Assembly (NCBI GenBank): GCA_934621605.1
Contig: CAKTUZ010000017.1
Location: forward strand, 1,572-65,571
Origin: an uncultured bacterium
GTDB taxonomy: Bacteria > Vulcanimicrobiota > Xenobia > Xenobiales > Xenobiaceae
Reading direction: 5' to 3'
Length of the DNA stretch: 64,000 bases
The first letter of the stretch is position 1; each line of letters opens with the position of its first letter. Below, piece by piece: positions 40,695 through 50,012 of the stretch. Below the pieces are notes generated by a model that had not been told where the DNA came from, did no database searches, and saw only the letters and a program-made list of their open reading frames with translations. The translations under genes were made by a program, and so were the position numbers.

Positions 40695-42572
40695 ATGGAT
40701 AGCCAGATTCACAACCAGATCGTAAGTTTTATTTGGAGCGTGGCCGACGATTGTTTGCGCGACGTTTATGTGCGCGGCAAATACCGCGATGTGATTCTGC
40801 CTATGACCGTTATCCGCCGTTTAGATGCTGTTTTGGAAAAGACTAAAGAAGCGATATTAAAAACTAAAAAGCAACTAGACGAGAGACATATAGCCGGACA
40901 GGAACGGGTATTATGTAAAATTGCCGGGCAAGCTTTTTGTAACAGTTCCCCTTTTTGCTTAAAAGATTTAACTTCACGCGCCAAGTCTCAGCAACTTAAA
41001 GCCGACTTTATCGCCTACTTGGACGGCTTCTCTGAAAACGTACAAGAAATACTTAATAAATTTAAGTTCCGCAACCAAATTGACACTATGGTAGAAGCCG
41101 ATATTTTGGGCGCCGTTATTGAAAAGTTTGTTTCCCCTACTATAAATTTAAGTCCCGAGCCGGTTTTAGATGACCTTGGACTGGTAAAAATTCCCGGCCT
41201 AGACAATCACGCTATGGGCACTATTTTTGAAGAGCTGGTGCGCCGTTTTAATGAAGAAAACAACGAAGAAGCCGGCGAACACTGGACTCCTCGCGATGTG
41301 GTGTACCTTATGGCCGATTTGGCCGTTTTGCCGGTAGCCGATAAAATTAAAGATAGTACCTATACTTGTTACGATGGCGCTATGGGTACTGGCGGTATGC
41401 TCACTGTGGCTCAGGAAAGGCTCAGCCAAATTGCTAAGCAAAAGGGCAAGCAAGTGTCTATCCATCTTTATGGCCAAGAAATTAACCCCGAAACTTACGC
41501 TATTGCTATAGCTGATATGATCTTAAAAGGTAAAGGTGAAACTTCACAGGACAACTTTATTTATGGCTCTACCCTTTCCTCTGACGGTTTAGCTGACAAA
41601 ACTTTTGATTTTATGTTATCTAATCCGCCCTATGGCAAATCTTGGAAGACCGACGCCGAAAAGATGGGCGGCAAAAGTGGCATAAAAGATCCGCGTTTTG
41701 TTATTGGCGCCAATGAAGATGAACAACAAGAAGAAGCTGTTGCCAAAAAGAAAAAAGCTAAAAATTCTAATGAATTTAGTATGCTTTCTGCTACTGGCGA
41801 CGGTCAGTTGCTTTTCTTGCTCAACAATATTTCCAAAATGAAAGAAAGTACCGATTTAGGCTCGCGCATTGTGGAAGTTCACAACGGCTCTTCCCTCTTT
41901 ACTGGAGATGCTGGCCAAGGCGAAAGCAACGCTCGCCGCCATATGATTGAGCGCGACTTGGTGGAAGCTATTATCGCTTTACCTGAAGGTATGTTTTACA
42001 ATACTGGTATAGCTACTTTTATTTGGGTACTTTCCAACCGCAAAGAAGAGCGCCGTCGCGGCAAAATTCAGTTAATTGACGCTACCTCTATGAAAGCGCC
42101 GCTGCGTAAGAATTTGGGTAAGAAAAACTGTGAATTTACTCCCGAAATTCGCCAGCAGATTCTCGATTTATATTTCAATATGGAAGAGAACGAGTATTCT
42201 AAGATCTTCCCTAATAGCGAATTTGGCTTTTATAAAGTAGAAGTGCTGCAACCCAAGCTTGATGAACAAGGCCAGCCCTTGCGCGACAAAAAAGGCAACT
42301 TTATTGAAGATAAAGATAAAAAAGATAGCGAAATAATTCCTCTTCGCTATGAAGGCGGCATAGAAGCTTTCTTAGATAAAGAGGTGCGCCCCTTCGCTCC
42401 CTATGCTTACGTAAATGAAGCGGCTACCAAAATTGGCTATAAGCTTAGCTTTACTAAATATTTTTACAAGCCCATTCAGTTGCGCCCCTTAGCGGAAATT
42501 GTAGCCGACATTCGCGCCCTAGAAGCCGAAACGGCCGGCTTATTAGAAGAAATTATCGGCGAGGAGGCTTAA
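40695..42572 (+). CDS. hsdM: type I R-M N6-adenine DNA methyltransferase subunit HsdM
   Basis: HsdM_N-like N-terminus (IWSVADDCLRDV), SAM motif, catalytic LSNPPYG. The start is placed at MDSQIHNQ; the ORF track begins 26 codons earlier. Confidence 0.85.
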   Translation: MDSQIHNQIVSFIWSVADDCLRDVYVRGKYRDVILPMTVIRRLDAVLEKTKEAILKTKKQLDERHIAGQERVLCKIAGQAFCNSSPFCLKDLTSRAKSQQLKADFIAYLDGFSENVQEILNKFKFRNQIDTMVEADILGAVIEKFVSPTINLSPEPVLDDLGLVKIPGLDNHAMGTIFEELVRRFNEENNEEAGEHWTPRDVVYLMADLAVLPVADKIKDSTYTCYDGAMGTGGMLTVAQERLSQIAKQKGKQVSIHLYGQEINPETYAIAIADMILKGKGETSQDNFIYGSTLSSDGLADKTFDFMLSNPPYGKSWKTDAEKMGGKSGIKDPRFVIGANEDEQQEEAVAKKKKAKNSNEFSMLSATGDGQLLFLLNNISKMKESTDLGSRIVEVHNGSSLFTGDAGQGESNARRHMIERDLVEAIIALPEGMFYNTGIATFIWVLSNRKEERRRGKIQLIDATSMKAPLRKNLGKKNCEFTPEIRQQILDLYFNMEENEYSKIFPNSEFGFYKVEVLQPKLDEQGQPLRDKKGNFIEDKDKKDSEIIPLRYEGGIEAFLDKEVRPFAPYAYVNEAATKIGYKLSFTKYFYKPIQLRPLAEIVADIRALEAETAGLLEEIIGEEA

Positions 42573-42576
42573 GCTA

Positions 42577-43992
42577 ATGGCGATGAAGGCTTATAAAAGT
42601 TACAAAAACGTAGATTTACCCTGGCTTAAACGTGTGCCGGAGCATTGGGAAGTAAACAAAATAAATCGCCTTTTTAATCTAATTAGCAGCGGCACAACTC
42701 CCAATTCTGGAAAGATCAACTTTTACGAAAACGGAAATATTCCGTGGCTTAATTCTGGCGATTTATACGGGGATAAACCTTTAATAGAGAAAACAGCAAA
42801 ACATGTAACACAATCAGCACTAAATAGTTTTTCAACATTAAAACTCTACAGTGCTAACTCAATTGCTATAGCAATGTATGGAGCCTCAGTCGGCAATATA
42901 TCTATAGTTCCATTTGAATTTTGTTGCAACCAAGCTTGTTGCGTTTTTTCTAAGCCAATTAAAAATTTAAATTTAAAATATGTATATTATAGTGTTATTG
43001 CAGGCAAGAAAGACCTCATTGAACAAGCTAGAGGAGGCGGGCAACCTAATATAAACCAGGACATACTGAAGCAATTTCGTTTGCCTTTTCCTCCTTTTCA
43101 CGAACAAGAGCAAATTGTGCGCTATTTGGATTGGCAAAATTCACGCTTAAACAAGCTGATCAACGCCAAGAAAAAAGAAATTGCCTTACTGGAAGAGCAA
43201 AAGCAAGCTTTAATTAGCCAAGCCGTAACTAAAGGCTTAGATCCCCACGCCCCCCTAAAAGACAGCGCCATAGACTGGATCGGCCAAATACCTGAGCATT
43301 GGCAAATCAACAAAATGAATCGCCTCTTTAATTTAATTGGCAGCGGCACAACTCCCAGTTCTGGTAGCATTGATTTTTATAATAACGGAAACATTCCGTG
43401 GCTTAATTCTGGCGATTTATACGGTGACAAACCTGTAATAAAAAAGACAGCAAAACATATTACAGAACTAGCATTAAATAGTTTTTCAACATTAAAACTT
43501 TACAATGCTGACTCAATTGCTATAGCAATGTATGGAGCCTCAGTCGGCAATATATCTATAGTTCCATTTGAATTTTGTTGCAACCAAGCATGCTGTGTTT
43601 TTTCTAAGCCAATTAAGAATTTAAGTTTGAAGTATGTATATTACAACGTTATTGCAGGTAAAAAAGACCTTATTGAGCAAGCTAAGGGAGGTGGACAACC
43701 TAACATAAATCAAGACATACTCAGACAGTTTCGCCTGCCTTTCCCTCCTCTTCACGAGCAAGAACACATTGTTGACTATTTAACTGATCAATGTGCCATT
43801 ATTGATGATTTAATTGCAAATATAAATAAAACAATATCCTTCCTTCAAGAATACCGCACCCGCCTAGTGGCCGATGTTGTCACCGGCCAAATCGACGTGC
43901 GCAACATTGCTATTCCCAACTACGAAACCGTAACCGAAACCATCGACCAACCCGAAACCACCGAAGACGAAACCAACACCACGGAGGAGTAA
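42577..43992 (+). CDS. hsdS: type I R-M specificity subunit HsdS with two near-identical TRDs
   Basis: Two ~165-aa blocks (VPEHWEVNKINRLFNLISSGTTP... and IPEHWQINKMNRLFNLIGSGTTP...) are ~90% identical and separated by a coiled-coil spacer. It follows hsdM by 4 nt. Confidence 0.85.
   Translation: MAMKAYKSYKNVDLPWLKRVPEHWEVNKINRLFNLISSGTTPNSGKINFYENGNIPWLNSGDLYGDKPLIEKTAKHVTQSALNSFSTLKLYSANSIAIAMYGASVGNISIVPFEFCCNQACCVFSKPIKNLNLKYVYYSVIAGKKDLIEQARGGGQPNINQDILKQFRLPFPPFHEQEQIVRYLDWQNSRLNKLINAKKKEIALLEEQKQALISQAVTKGLDPHAPLKDSAIDWIGQIPEHWQINKMNRLFNLIGSGTTPSSGSIDFYNNGNIPWLNSGDLYGDKPVIKKTAKHITELALNSFSTLKLYNADSIAIAMYGASVGNISIVPFEFCCNQACCVFSKPIKNLSLKYVYYNVIAGKKDLIEQAKGGGQPNINQDILRQFRLPFPPLHEQEHIVDYLTDQCAIIDDLIANINKTISFLQEYRTRLVADVVTGQIDVRNIAIPNYETVTETIDQPETTEDETNTTEE
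42630..43780 (+). repeat. internal tandem duplication (about 42633-43120 and 43289-43777) = duplicated TRD of hsdS
   Basis: Direct nucleotide-level repeat of ~490 bp. It is visible as a near-identical protein repeat in the ORF translation. Confidence 0.8.
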
Positions 43993-43995
43993 CCA

Positions 43996-45729
43996 ATGAC
44001 AGATAATCAACCAACTTCTACTGAAGAAAAGCCAGGCGGCTACATTGAAAGTATCACTTTTAACAATGGACAGGAACTTAAGTTAAATAAAAATGATATA
44101 GTTGTGCTAGTTGGGCCAAACAATGCCGGTAAAAGTCAAGTCATAAGGGATATTTATATTTTGGCCAAGAGTGATAAAAATGATATTCAAACAAGCAATA
44201 TTGTAGTGTCAAATATATTTGTACATAAAAATAATGTGTCAATAGAACCTATTATTAATAGAACTTTTTCTAAAGACAAGTATGGAAATCAGATACGATC
44301 TGATTTCAAAGGTAATACAGAATCATTTGGAATGTACATTAGCGATTCATTTTATCGTAATAATTTTCCGGAAAGTTTCGGAATATTTGGAGATACATTT
44401 GTTATAAATTTAGATACTTGGCATAGATTACAAACATGTCATCCAGCAGAGAATACGACGAAAGATGAAGTAAAAACCCACCCGATACAATATATAACTT
44501 TCGATTCCTCTTCCAGATCTAAATTGTCGGAGATTTTTAAACGTGCATTTAAAACTGGTCTGATACCGTATCCCCAATATGGCTCACGTATTCCTTTATG
44601 CATAGGTGAACCTATAAAACTTTCTGACGAATATAACGATGAGCAAGAACGTCTAGAAGCGTATGCCAGTAAATTAGCAACATATCCTCAAGTCCAAAAT
44701 CAGGGAGATGGTATAAAAAGTTTTGTCAGCATACTATTATACTTAATACTTGATCATTATTGCGTATACTTAATTGATGAACCAGAAGCTTTTCTTCATC
44801 CACCACAAGCTCATATTATGGGGCAAATTATTGGAGATACATTGTCAGAGCAACAACAAGCTTTTATAGCCACCCATAGTGAAGAAGTAATTAAAGGACT
44901 TTTAGAAAAATGTCCAAGGCGTGTAAAAGTTATACGCATAACTAGGGAAAATAATAGCAATCATTTTGCAATACTTAACAATGAAGATTTACAAAAAGTT
45001 TGGAATGACCCACTTTTAAAATATTCAAACATAATGTCCAGTCTGTTTTATCAACAAATCGTGCTTTGTGAGAGTGAATCAGATTGCAAGATGTATTCAA
45101 TCATAGACGGACATCTAAAGGAACAGCAAGGCAAGTATTCAGAGACTTTGTTTATACACTGTAACGGAAAGAATAAACTTCCAGATATAGCCAAAGCTTT
45201 ATGCGCTCTAGGCGTAAAATTATACGTTATAGCTGATATAGATATACTTAAGAATGAAAATTTGATTAAAAAGCTTGTCAGTAACTTTAAAGCCGACTGG
45301 GAACAAATCAGTAAATCTTACAAAGTTTTTTCTTCCAGTATAGAAAGCCAAAAAAAAGATTTAAACAGAACAATTCTTCAACAGCAGATAGAAAAGATAT
45401 TACGTTCTTCAAATAGTGCAACTATAAACAATCAAGATGTACAAAAACTCCAAAAACTTCTAAAAATTTCATCTGGATGGGACGAATTAAAGGAAAATGG
45501 CGAACAATCTATTCCTCGTGGTGATGCAACTTCAAGCTACAGAAACCTAATAAAATTCCTACAAGCAGCGGGTATCTTTATAGTTCCAGTTGGTGAACTT
45601 GAAAATTTTGTAAAAGAAGTAGGCGGACATGGCCCCAGTTGGGTCGACACAGTTTTACATGACTATCCAGATTTAACTGATCCAGTTTACAACACAATAA
45701 AGGATTTCATTCAAAGCATGAACTTATAA
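43996..45729 (+). CDS. OLD/PARIS-like ATP-dependent nuclease: N-terminal ABC/AAA_21 ATPase fused to C-terminal Toprim-like domain, embedded between hsdS and hsdR
   Basis: Walker A VVLVGPNNAGKSQV, Walker B/D-loop YLIDEPEAFLHPP, H-loop IATHSEE. C-terminal QQIVLCESESDCKMY and KLYVIADIDIL fit Toprim E...DxD. It starts 4 nt after the hsdS stop and ends 18 nt before hsdR. Confidence 0.7.
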   Translation: MTDNQPTSTEEKPGGYIESITFNNGQELKLNKNDIVVLVGPNNAGKSQVIRDIYILAKSDKNDIQTSNIVVSNIFVHKNNVSIEPIINRTFSKDKYGNQIRSDFKGNTESFGMYISDSFYRNNFPESFGIFGDTFVINLDTWHRLQTCHPAENTTKDEVKTHPIQYITFDSSSRSKLSEIFKRAFKTGLIPYPQYGSRIPLCIGEPIKLSDEYNDEQERLEAYASKLATYPQVQNQGDGIKSFVSILLYLILDHYCVYLIDEPEAFLHPPQAHIMGQIIGDTLSEQQQAFIATHSEEVIKGLLEKCPRRVKVIRITRENNSNHFAILNNEDLQKVWNDPLLKYSNIMSSLFYQQIVLCESESDCKMYSIIDGHLKEQQGKYSETLFIHCNGKNKLPDIAKALCALGVKLYVIADIDILKNENLIKKLVSNFKADWEQISKSYKVFSSSIESQKKDLNRTILQQQIEKILRSSNSATINNQDVQKLQKLLKISSGWDELKENGEQSIPRGDATSSYRNLIKFLQAAGIFIVPVGELENFVKEVGGHGPSWVDTVLHDYPDLTDPVYNTIKDFIQSMNL

Positions 45730-45747
45730 AGGATATCAATAAAAGCT

Positions 45748-48678
45748 ATGCCAACCAATGTGACGGAAAAAAGTTTAGAAGACATTATTGTTAATTACTT
45801 AGTGCAAAATAATGGCTATGAACAAGGCGTTAATGCCGATTATAATCGGGAATACGCTATAGACGAAAAGCGCCTTTTTCGTTTTTTGCAAGCAACTCAG
45901 CCTAAGGAAATGCTAAAACTGGGGCTGCCTGGTAATGATTTGCGGCGCACTAAATTTTTTAACCGTTTGCAAAGTGAAATTATTAAACGCGGCATTGTGG
46001 ACGTTTTGCGTAAAGGCATAAAAGACGGCCCTACCCATTTGGATTTATTCTACCTTACGCCTTCAGAAAAAAATATTCAGGCCCAGGAACATTTTCAGCA
46101 AAATATTTTTAGCGTTATTCGCCAGCTACAATACTCGCCGACGGCTGCCCGCTGTGCTTTAGATTTGGCTCTTTTTATTAACGGTTTGCCTATTCTCACT
46201 TGTGAATTAAGAAATACTCTTTCCGGCCAAAATGTAGAAGACGCTGTTGAGCAATATAAAACCGATCGCAACCCTCGGGAAGCTATCTTCCAATTTAAAC
46301 GCTGCCTCGTCCATTTTGCTATTGACGATCAGCAAGTAAAATTCTGCACTAAACTAAACGACAAAAAGTCTTGGTTCCTCCCCTTCAATAAAGGCTTTAA
46401 TGACGGCGCAGGCAATCCGCCTAATCCTAGCGGTATCAAAACTGATTACATGTGGAAAGATATTTTCACTAAAAATCAGCTTACCAATATTATCGAAAAT
46501 TATGCTCAAGTTGTCGATAAAGGCAGTAAACAAATCTTCCCCCGCTACCACCAATTGGCGGTAGTAAATGCTTTACTTAAAGACGTCCAAGAAAAAGGCG
46601 TCGGCCAGCGCTATCTAATTCAACATAGCGCCGGTAGCGGCAAATCTAATTCTATTGCTTGGTTGGCCCATCAATTGATCGGACTAGAAAAAGACGGCCA
46701 AAATATCATCGATTCGGTAGTTGTGGTTACCGATAGGCGCAACTTAGATGATCAAATAAAAAATACCATTAAACAATTTACCGAAGTACGCAGCACCGTA
46801 GTTCACGCCGATCATTCCAACGATTTGCGCCAAGCTATCGACTCTGGCAAAAAAATTATTATTACTACTATCCAAAAATTTCCTTACATTTTGGAAAGCT
46901 TGGGCACCGAACACAAAGGGCGCAAGTTTGCCATTATTATCGACGAAGCCCACTCCAGCCAAAGCGGTCGCACTGCGGCCAAAATGAATACTGCCCTTTC
47001 CGGCCAGTACGATCCTGACGACGCTAAAAGTACCGAAGACTTAATCAATGAAGCCATCGAAGGGCGCAAAATGCTCACTAACGCCAGCTATTTCGCCTTT
47101 ACAGCTACGCCCAAAAACAAAACTTTAGAAATGTTCGGTAAAGCTGCTATTGAGCCCGACGGCAGCGTGCGCCATTTTCCTTTCCACAACTACCCCATGA
47201 AGCAAGCCATTCAAGAAGGCTTTATTATGGACGTTTTGCAATACTATACGCCCATTTCCAGCTACTACAAATTGGCCAAAATTGTAGAAAACGATCCCCT
47301 TTTTGACAAAAAGAAAGCTCAAGCCAAATTGCGCAGTTTTGTGGAAAGCAACCATTTTGCCATTAGCCAAAAGGCAGCCATGATGATAGAACACTTCCAC
47401 ACTCAAGTAATTGGCCAAAATAAAATTGGCGGTCAAGCTCGAGCTATGGTAGTTACTGGCAGCATTTTGCGAGCTATCGACTACTTCTACGCCTTCCAAA
47501 AGTGCTTGGCCGAAAGGAAAAGCCCTTATAAAGCTATCGTCGCTTTTTCTGGTGAAAAAGAATATGACGGCCAAATTTGCACGGAAGCCAGCCTCAACGG
47601 TTTTCCCAGCAGCCAAATTCCCGATAAATTTAAGGAAGATCCCTATCGCTTTTTAATTGTGGCTAATAAATTCCAAACTGGTTTTGACGAGCCGCTTTTG
47701 CATACTATGTATGTAGACAAACAACTAAGCGACATAAAAGCCGTACAAACGCTTTCCCGCTTAAATAGAGCTCATCCGCAAAAATTTGATACTTTTGTGC
47801 TCGATTTTGCTAACGATGCCAAAACCATAGAAGAAGCTTTTTCCGCTTACTATCGCACGACCATTCTTTCCGGAGAAACCGATCCTAATAAGCTTAACGA
47901 CTTGGTCTGCGAAATGGAAAATCACCAAGTTTACACCCAAAGCCAAATAAATTTGCTGGTAGACTTGTATTTACATAAAGCCAACCGCAACCAGCTTGAT
48001 CCTATTTTGGATAATTGTGCCGCCAACTACAAAGACTTAGACAGAGAAGATCAAGTAAAATTTAAGAGTGCCGCCAAATCATTTGTCAGGACTTACAGTT
48101 TTTTAGGAGCTATTATGCCATACGGCAGCCCTGAGTGGGAAAAGCTCTCTATTTTCTTAACTTTACTTTTACCCAAGTTGCCAGCGCCTTTAGAAGACGA
48201 TCTTACTGCCGGTATTTTGCAAGCTATAGACTTAGATAGTTACAGGATCCAGGCCCAAAGCATGATGTCTATCCGCCTAGAAGACGCCAACGCCGAAATA
48301 AATCCAGTTCCAGTAGGCCAAGCCATGCAACCTAAAGAAGCTGAACTAGATCCTTTAACAGCCATTTTAGACGAATTTAACAGCTTTTTTGGCAATATCG
48401 ATTGGCAAGACAAAGACAACATAAAGCAACAGATCTCCACTTTGCCTCAAGCTGTAGCTCAAAACCAAAACTACAAAAATGCGGCCAAAAATTCCGATAA
48501 AGAAAATGCCAAAATGGAAAGTGACAAAGCCTTAGATGAAGCTATATTGGCTAGGTTTAGCGACTGGTACGAACTATTTGACCAGTTCCAAAGCAATGCC
48601 AGCTTCAAAGAATGGCTCAGCAACATGGTATTTAAAGCTACCTACGGCAAACTAAGAGGCAACCGCCCATATTGCTAA
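45748..48678 (+). CDS. hsdR: type I restriction endonuclease subunit HsdR
   Basis: N-terminal nuclease domain, helicase motifs I QHSAGSGKSNSI and II IIIDEAHSSQ (DEAH), plus motifs III-VI. 976 aa. Confidence 0.85.
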   Translation: MPTNVTEKSLEDIIVNYLVQNNGYEQGVNADYNREYAIDEKRLFRFLQATQPKEMLKLGLPGNDLRRTKFFNRLQSEIIKRGIVDVLRKGIKDGPTHLDLFYLTPSEKNIQAQEHFQQNIFSVIRQLQYSPTAARCALDLALFINGLPILTCELRNTLSGQNVEDAVEQYKTDRNPREAIFQFKRCLVHFAIDDQQVKFCTKLNDKKSWFLPFNKGFNDGAGNPPNPSGIKTDYMWKDIFTKNQLTNIIENYAQVVDKGSKQIFPRYHQLAVVNALLKDVQEKGVGQRYLIQHSAGSGKSNSIAWLAHQLIGLEKDGQNIIDSVVVVTDRRNLDDQIKNTIKQFTEVRSTVVHADHSNDLRQAIDSGKKIIITTIQKFPYILESLGTEHKGRKFAIIIDEAHSSQSGRTAAKMNTALSGQYDPDDAKSTEDLINEAIEGRKMLTNASYFAFTATPKNKTLEMFGKAAIEPDGSVRHFPFHNYPMKQAIQEGFIMDVLQYYTPISSYYKLAKIVENDPLFDKKKAQAKLRSFVESNHFAISQKAAMMIEHFHTQVIGQNKIGGQARAMVVTGSILRAIDYFYAFQKCLAERKSPYKAIVAFSGEKEYDGQICTEASLNGFPSSQIPDKFKEDPYRFLIVANKFQTGFDEPLLHTMYVDKQLSDIKAVQTLSRLNRAHPQKFDTFVLDFANDAKTIEEAFSAYYRTTILSGETDPNKLNDLVCEMENHQVYTQSQINLLVDLYLHKANRNQLDPILDNCAANYKDLDREDQVKFKSAAKSFVRTYSFLGAIMPYGSPEWEKLSIFLTLLLPKLPAPLEDDLTAGILQAIDLDSYRIQAQSMMSIRLEDANAEINPVPVGQAMQPKEAELDPLTAILDEFNSFFGNIDWQDKDNIKQQISTLPQAVAQNQNYKNAAKNSDKENAKMESDKALDEAILARFSDWYELFDQFQSNASFKEWLSNMVFKATYGKLRGNRPYC

Positions 48679-48791
48679 GTGCCATACTGCCGCCAAACGT
48701 TACTAACGTAGCGCCAACAATACTGCCGCCGCAGCTATGCTTTAAGGCTGCTAAGCGCTACACAACTTTTTTAATTACACCATCCCCTATT

Positions 48792-48828
48792 TTAATTTAG
48801 TCATTTTAGCTTTAAATGACTAAATTAA
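48792..48828. promoter_or_regulatory. perfect 15-bp inverted repeat (7-nt spacer) operator-like site upstream of fic, plus a third half-site at 48838-48848
   Basis: TTAATTTAGTCATTT-tagcttt-AAATGACTAAATTAA. It lies 50-90 nt upstream of the fic start. Confidence 0.5.
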
Positions 48829-48880
48829 AACTATTGATGACTAAATTGAAATGGTATACTGAAGCCCAACCAAAATAAGA

Positions 48881-49945
48881 ATGCGGTGCGAAAGTATGCC
48901 TAATTATAACTTTGAAAATAACTATAAAGCCTTGTTGCAACCGGATATTGTCTCTTTATTGCTAACTATTCGCGAATACAAGGGAGAGCAAAATCTATTT
49001 ATTGAGGCTCAAAGCGATACTTTAGCTAAATTGGTCGAAGTTGCCAAAATTCAAAGTACGGAAGCTTCCAATAAAATTGAGGGCATTTACACTGCCAACG
49101 AGCGTTTGCAAGAGCTTATGGCCGAAAAAACTGCTCCTAAAACGCGCAGCGAACAAGAGATCGCCGGCTATCGAGACGTGCTTAACACTATCCACGAAAG
49201 TCACGATTATATACCAATTAAACCTTCTATCTTGCTGCAATTGCACCGCGACTTATACAAATTTTCCGCTAGTATTGGCGGAACTTTTAAAGCTGTCGAT
49301 AACCAAATCGCTGAAATAGACAGCCAAGGCAATAAAAAACCACGCTTCCAACCGGTGGCCGCTTGGGAAACTGCTGAAAATATAGAAACTCTGTGCGCTT
49401 CTTTCAATAGCGCTTTGCAAAATAGCCAGCTCGATCCCTTGCTTTTAATTCCTATGTTTATTTTGGATTTTCTTTGCATCCATCCTTTCCAAGATGGCAA
49501 TGGACGTATGAGCCGCTTGCTGACGCTGCTTTTATTGTACCGCGCCGGTTATATTGTGGGAAAATATATAAGTATTGAAAAACTGATTGAGCAAAGCAAA
49601 GAAACCTACTACGAAAGCTTAAAAGCCAGCTCTGTCGGTTGGCATGATGGCCAAAATGATTATGCTCCTTTTGTGCGCTATATGCTGGGAGTTATAGTAG
49701 CAGCTTATAAAGAATTCGCTTCGCGAGTGAAAATTTTAACTGTTAGCAACTTAACTAAAGTCGAACGTCTGGAAGCAGTTATTAAAGCTCACCTCGGCCC
49801 CATAACTAAAGCTGAGCTAGTGAAAAAATGTCCAGATATAAGCCAAACTACCATTCAGCGCACTTTGGCTGAATTGCTTAAAGCCAACAAAATACACAAA
49901 CTTGGCGGCGGCCGTTATACTGCTTATGTGTGGTGTCATAACTAA
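48881..49945 (+). CDS. fic: class II Fic-domain protein (AMPylase-type) with N-terminal inhibitory helix and C-terminal winged-helix domain
   Basis: Fic motif HPFQDGNGRMSRLL. Inhibitory motif SNKIEG ((S/T)xxxE(G/N)) upstream. HTH-like C-terminus. Confidence 0.8.
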   Translation: MRCESMPNYNFENNYKALLQPDIVSLLLTIREYKGEQNLFIEAQSDTLAKLVEVAKIQSTEASNKIEGIYTANERLQELMAEKTAPKTRSEQEIAGYRDVLNTIHESHDYIPIKPSILLQLHRDLYKFSASIGGTFKAVDNQIAEIDSQGNKKPRFQPVAAWETAENIETLCASFNSALQNSQLDPLLLIPMFILDFLCIHPFQDGNGRMSRLLTLLLLYRAGYIVGKYISIEKLIEQSKETYYESLKASSVGWHDGQNDYAPFVRYMLGVIVAAYKEFASRVKILTVSNLTKVERLEAVIKAHLGPITKAELVKKCPDISQTTIQRTLAELLKANKIHKLGGGRYTAYVWCHN

Positions 49946-50012
49946 TTTGTCTATTTTCGCTTCTTTCGTTGACTGACTAAACAGTTAATGATAATCTACC
50001 CCCAGGAAAGAT

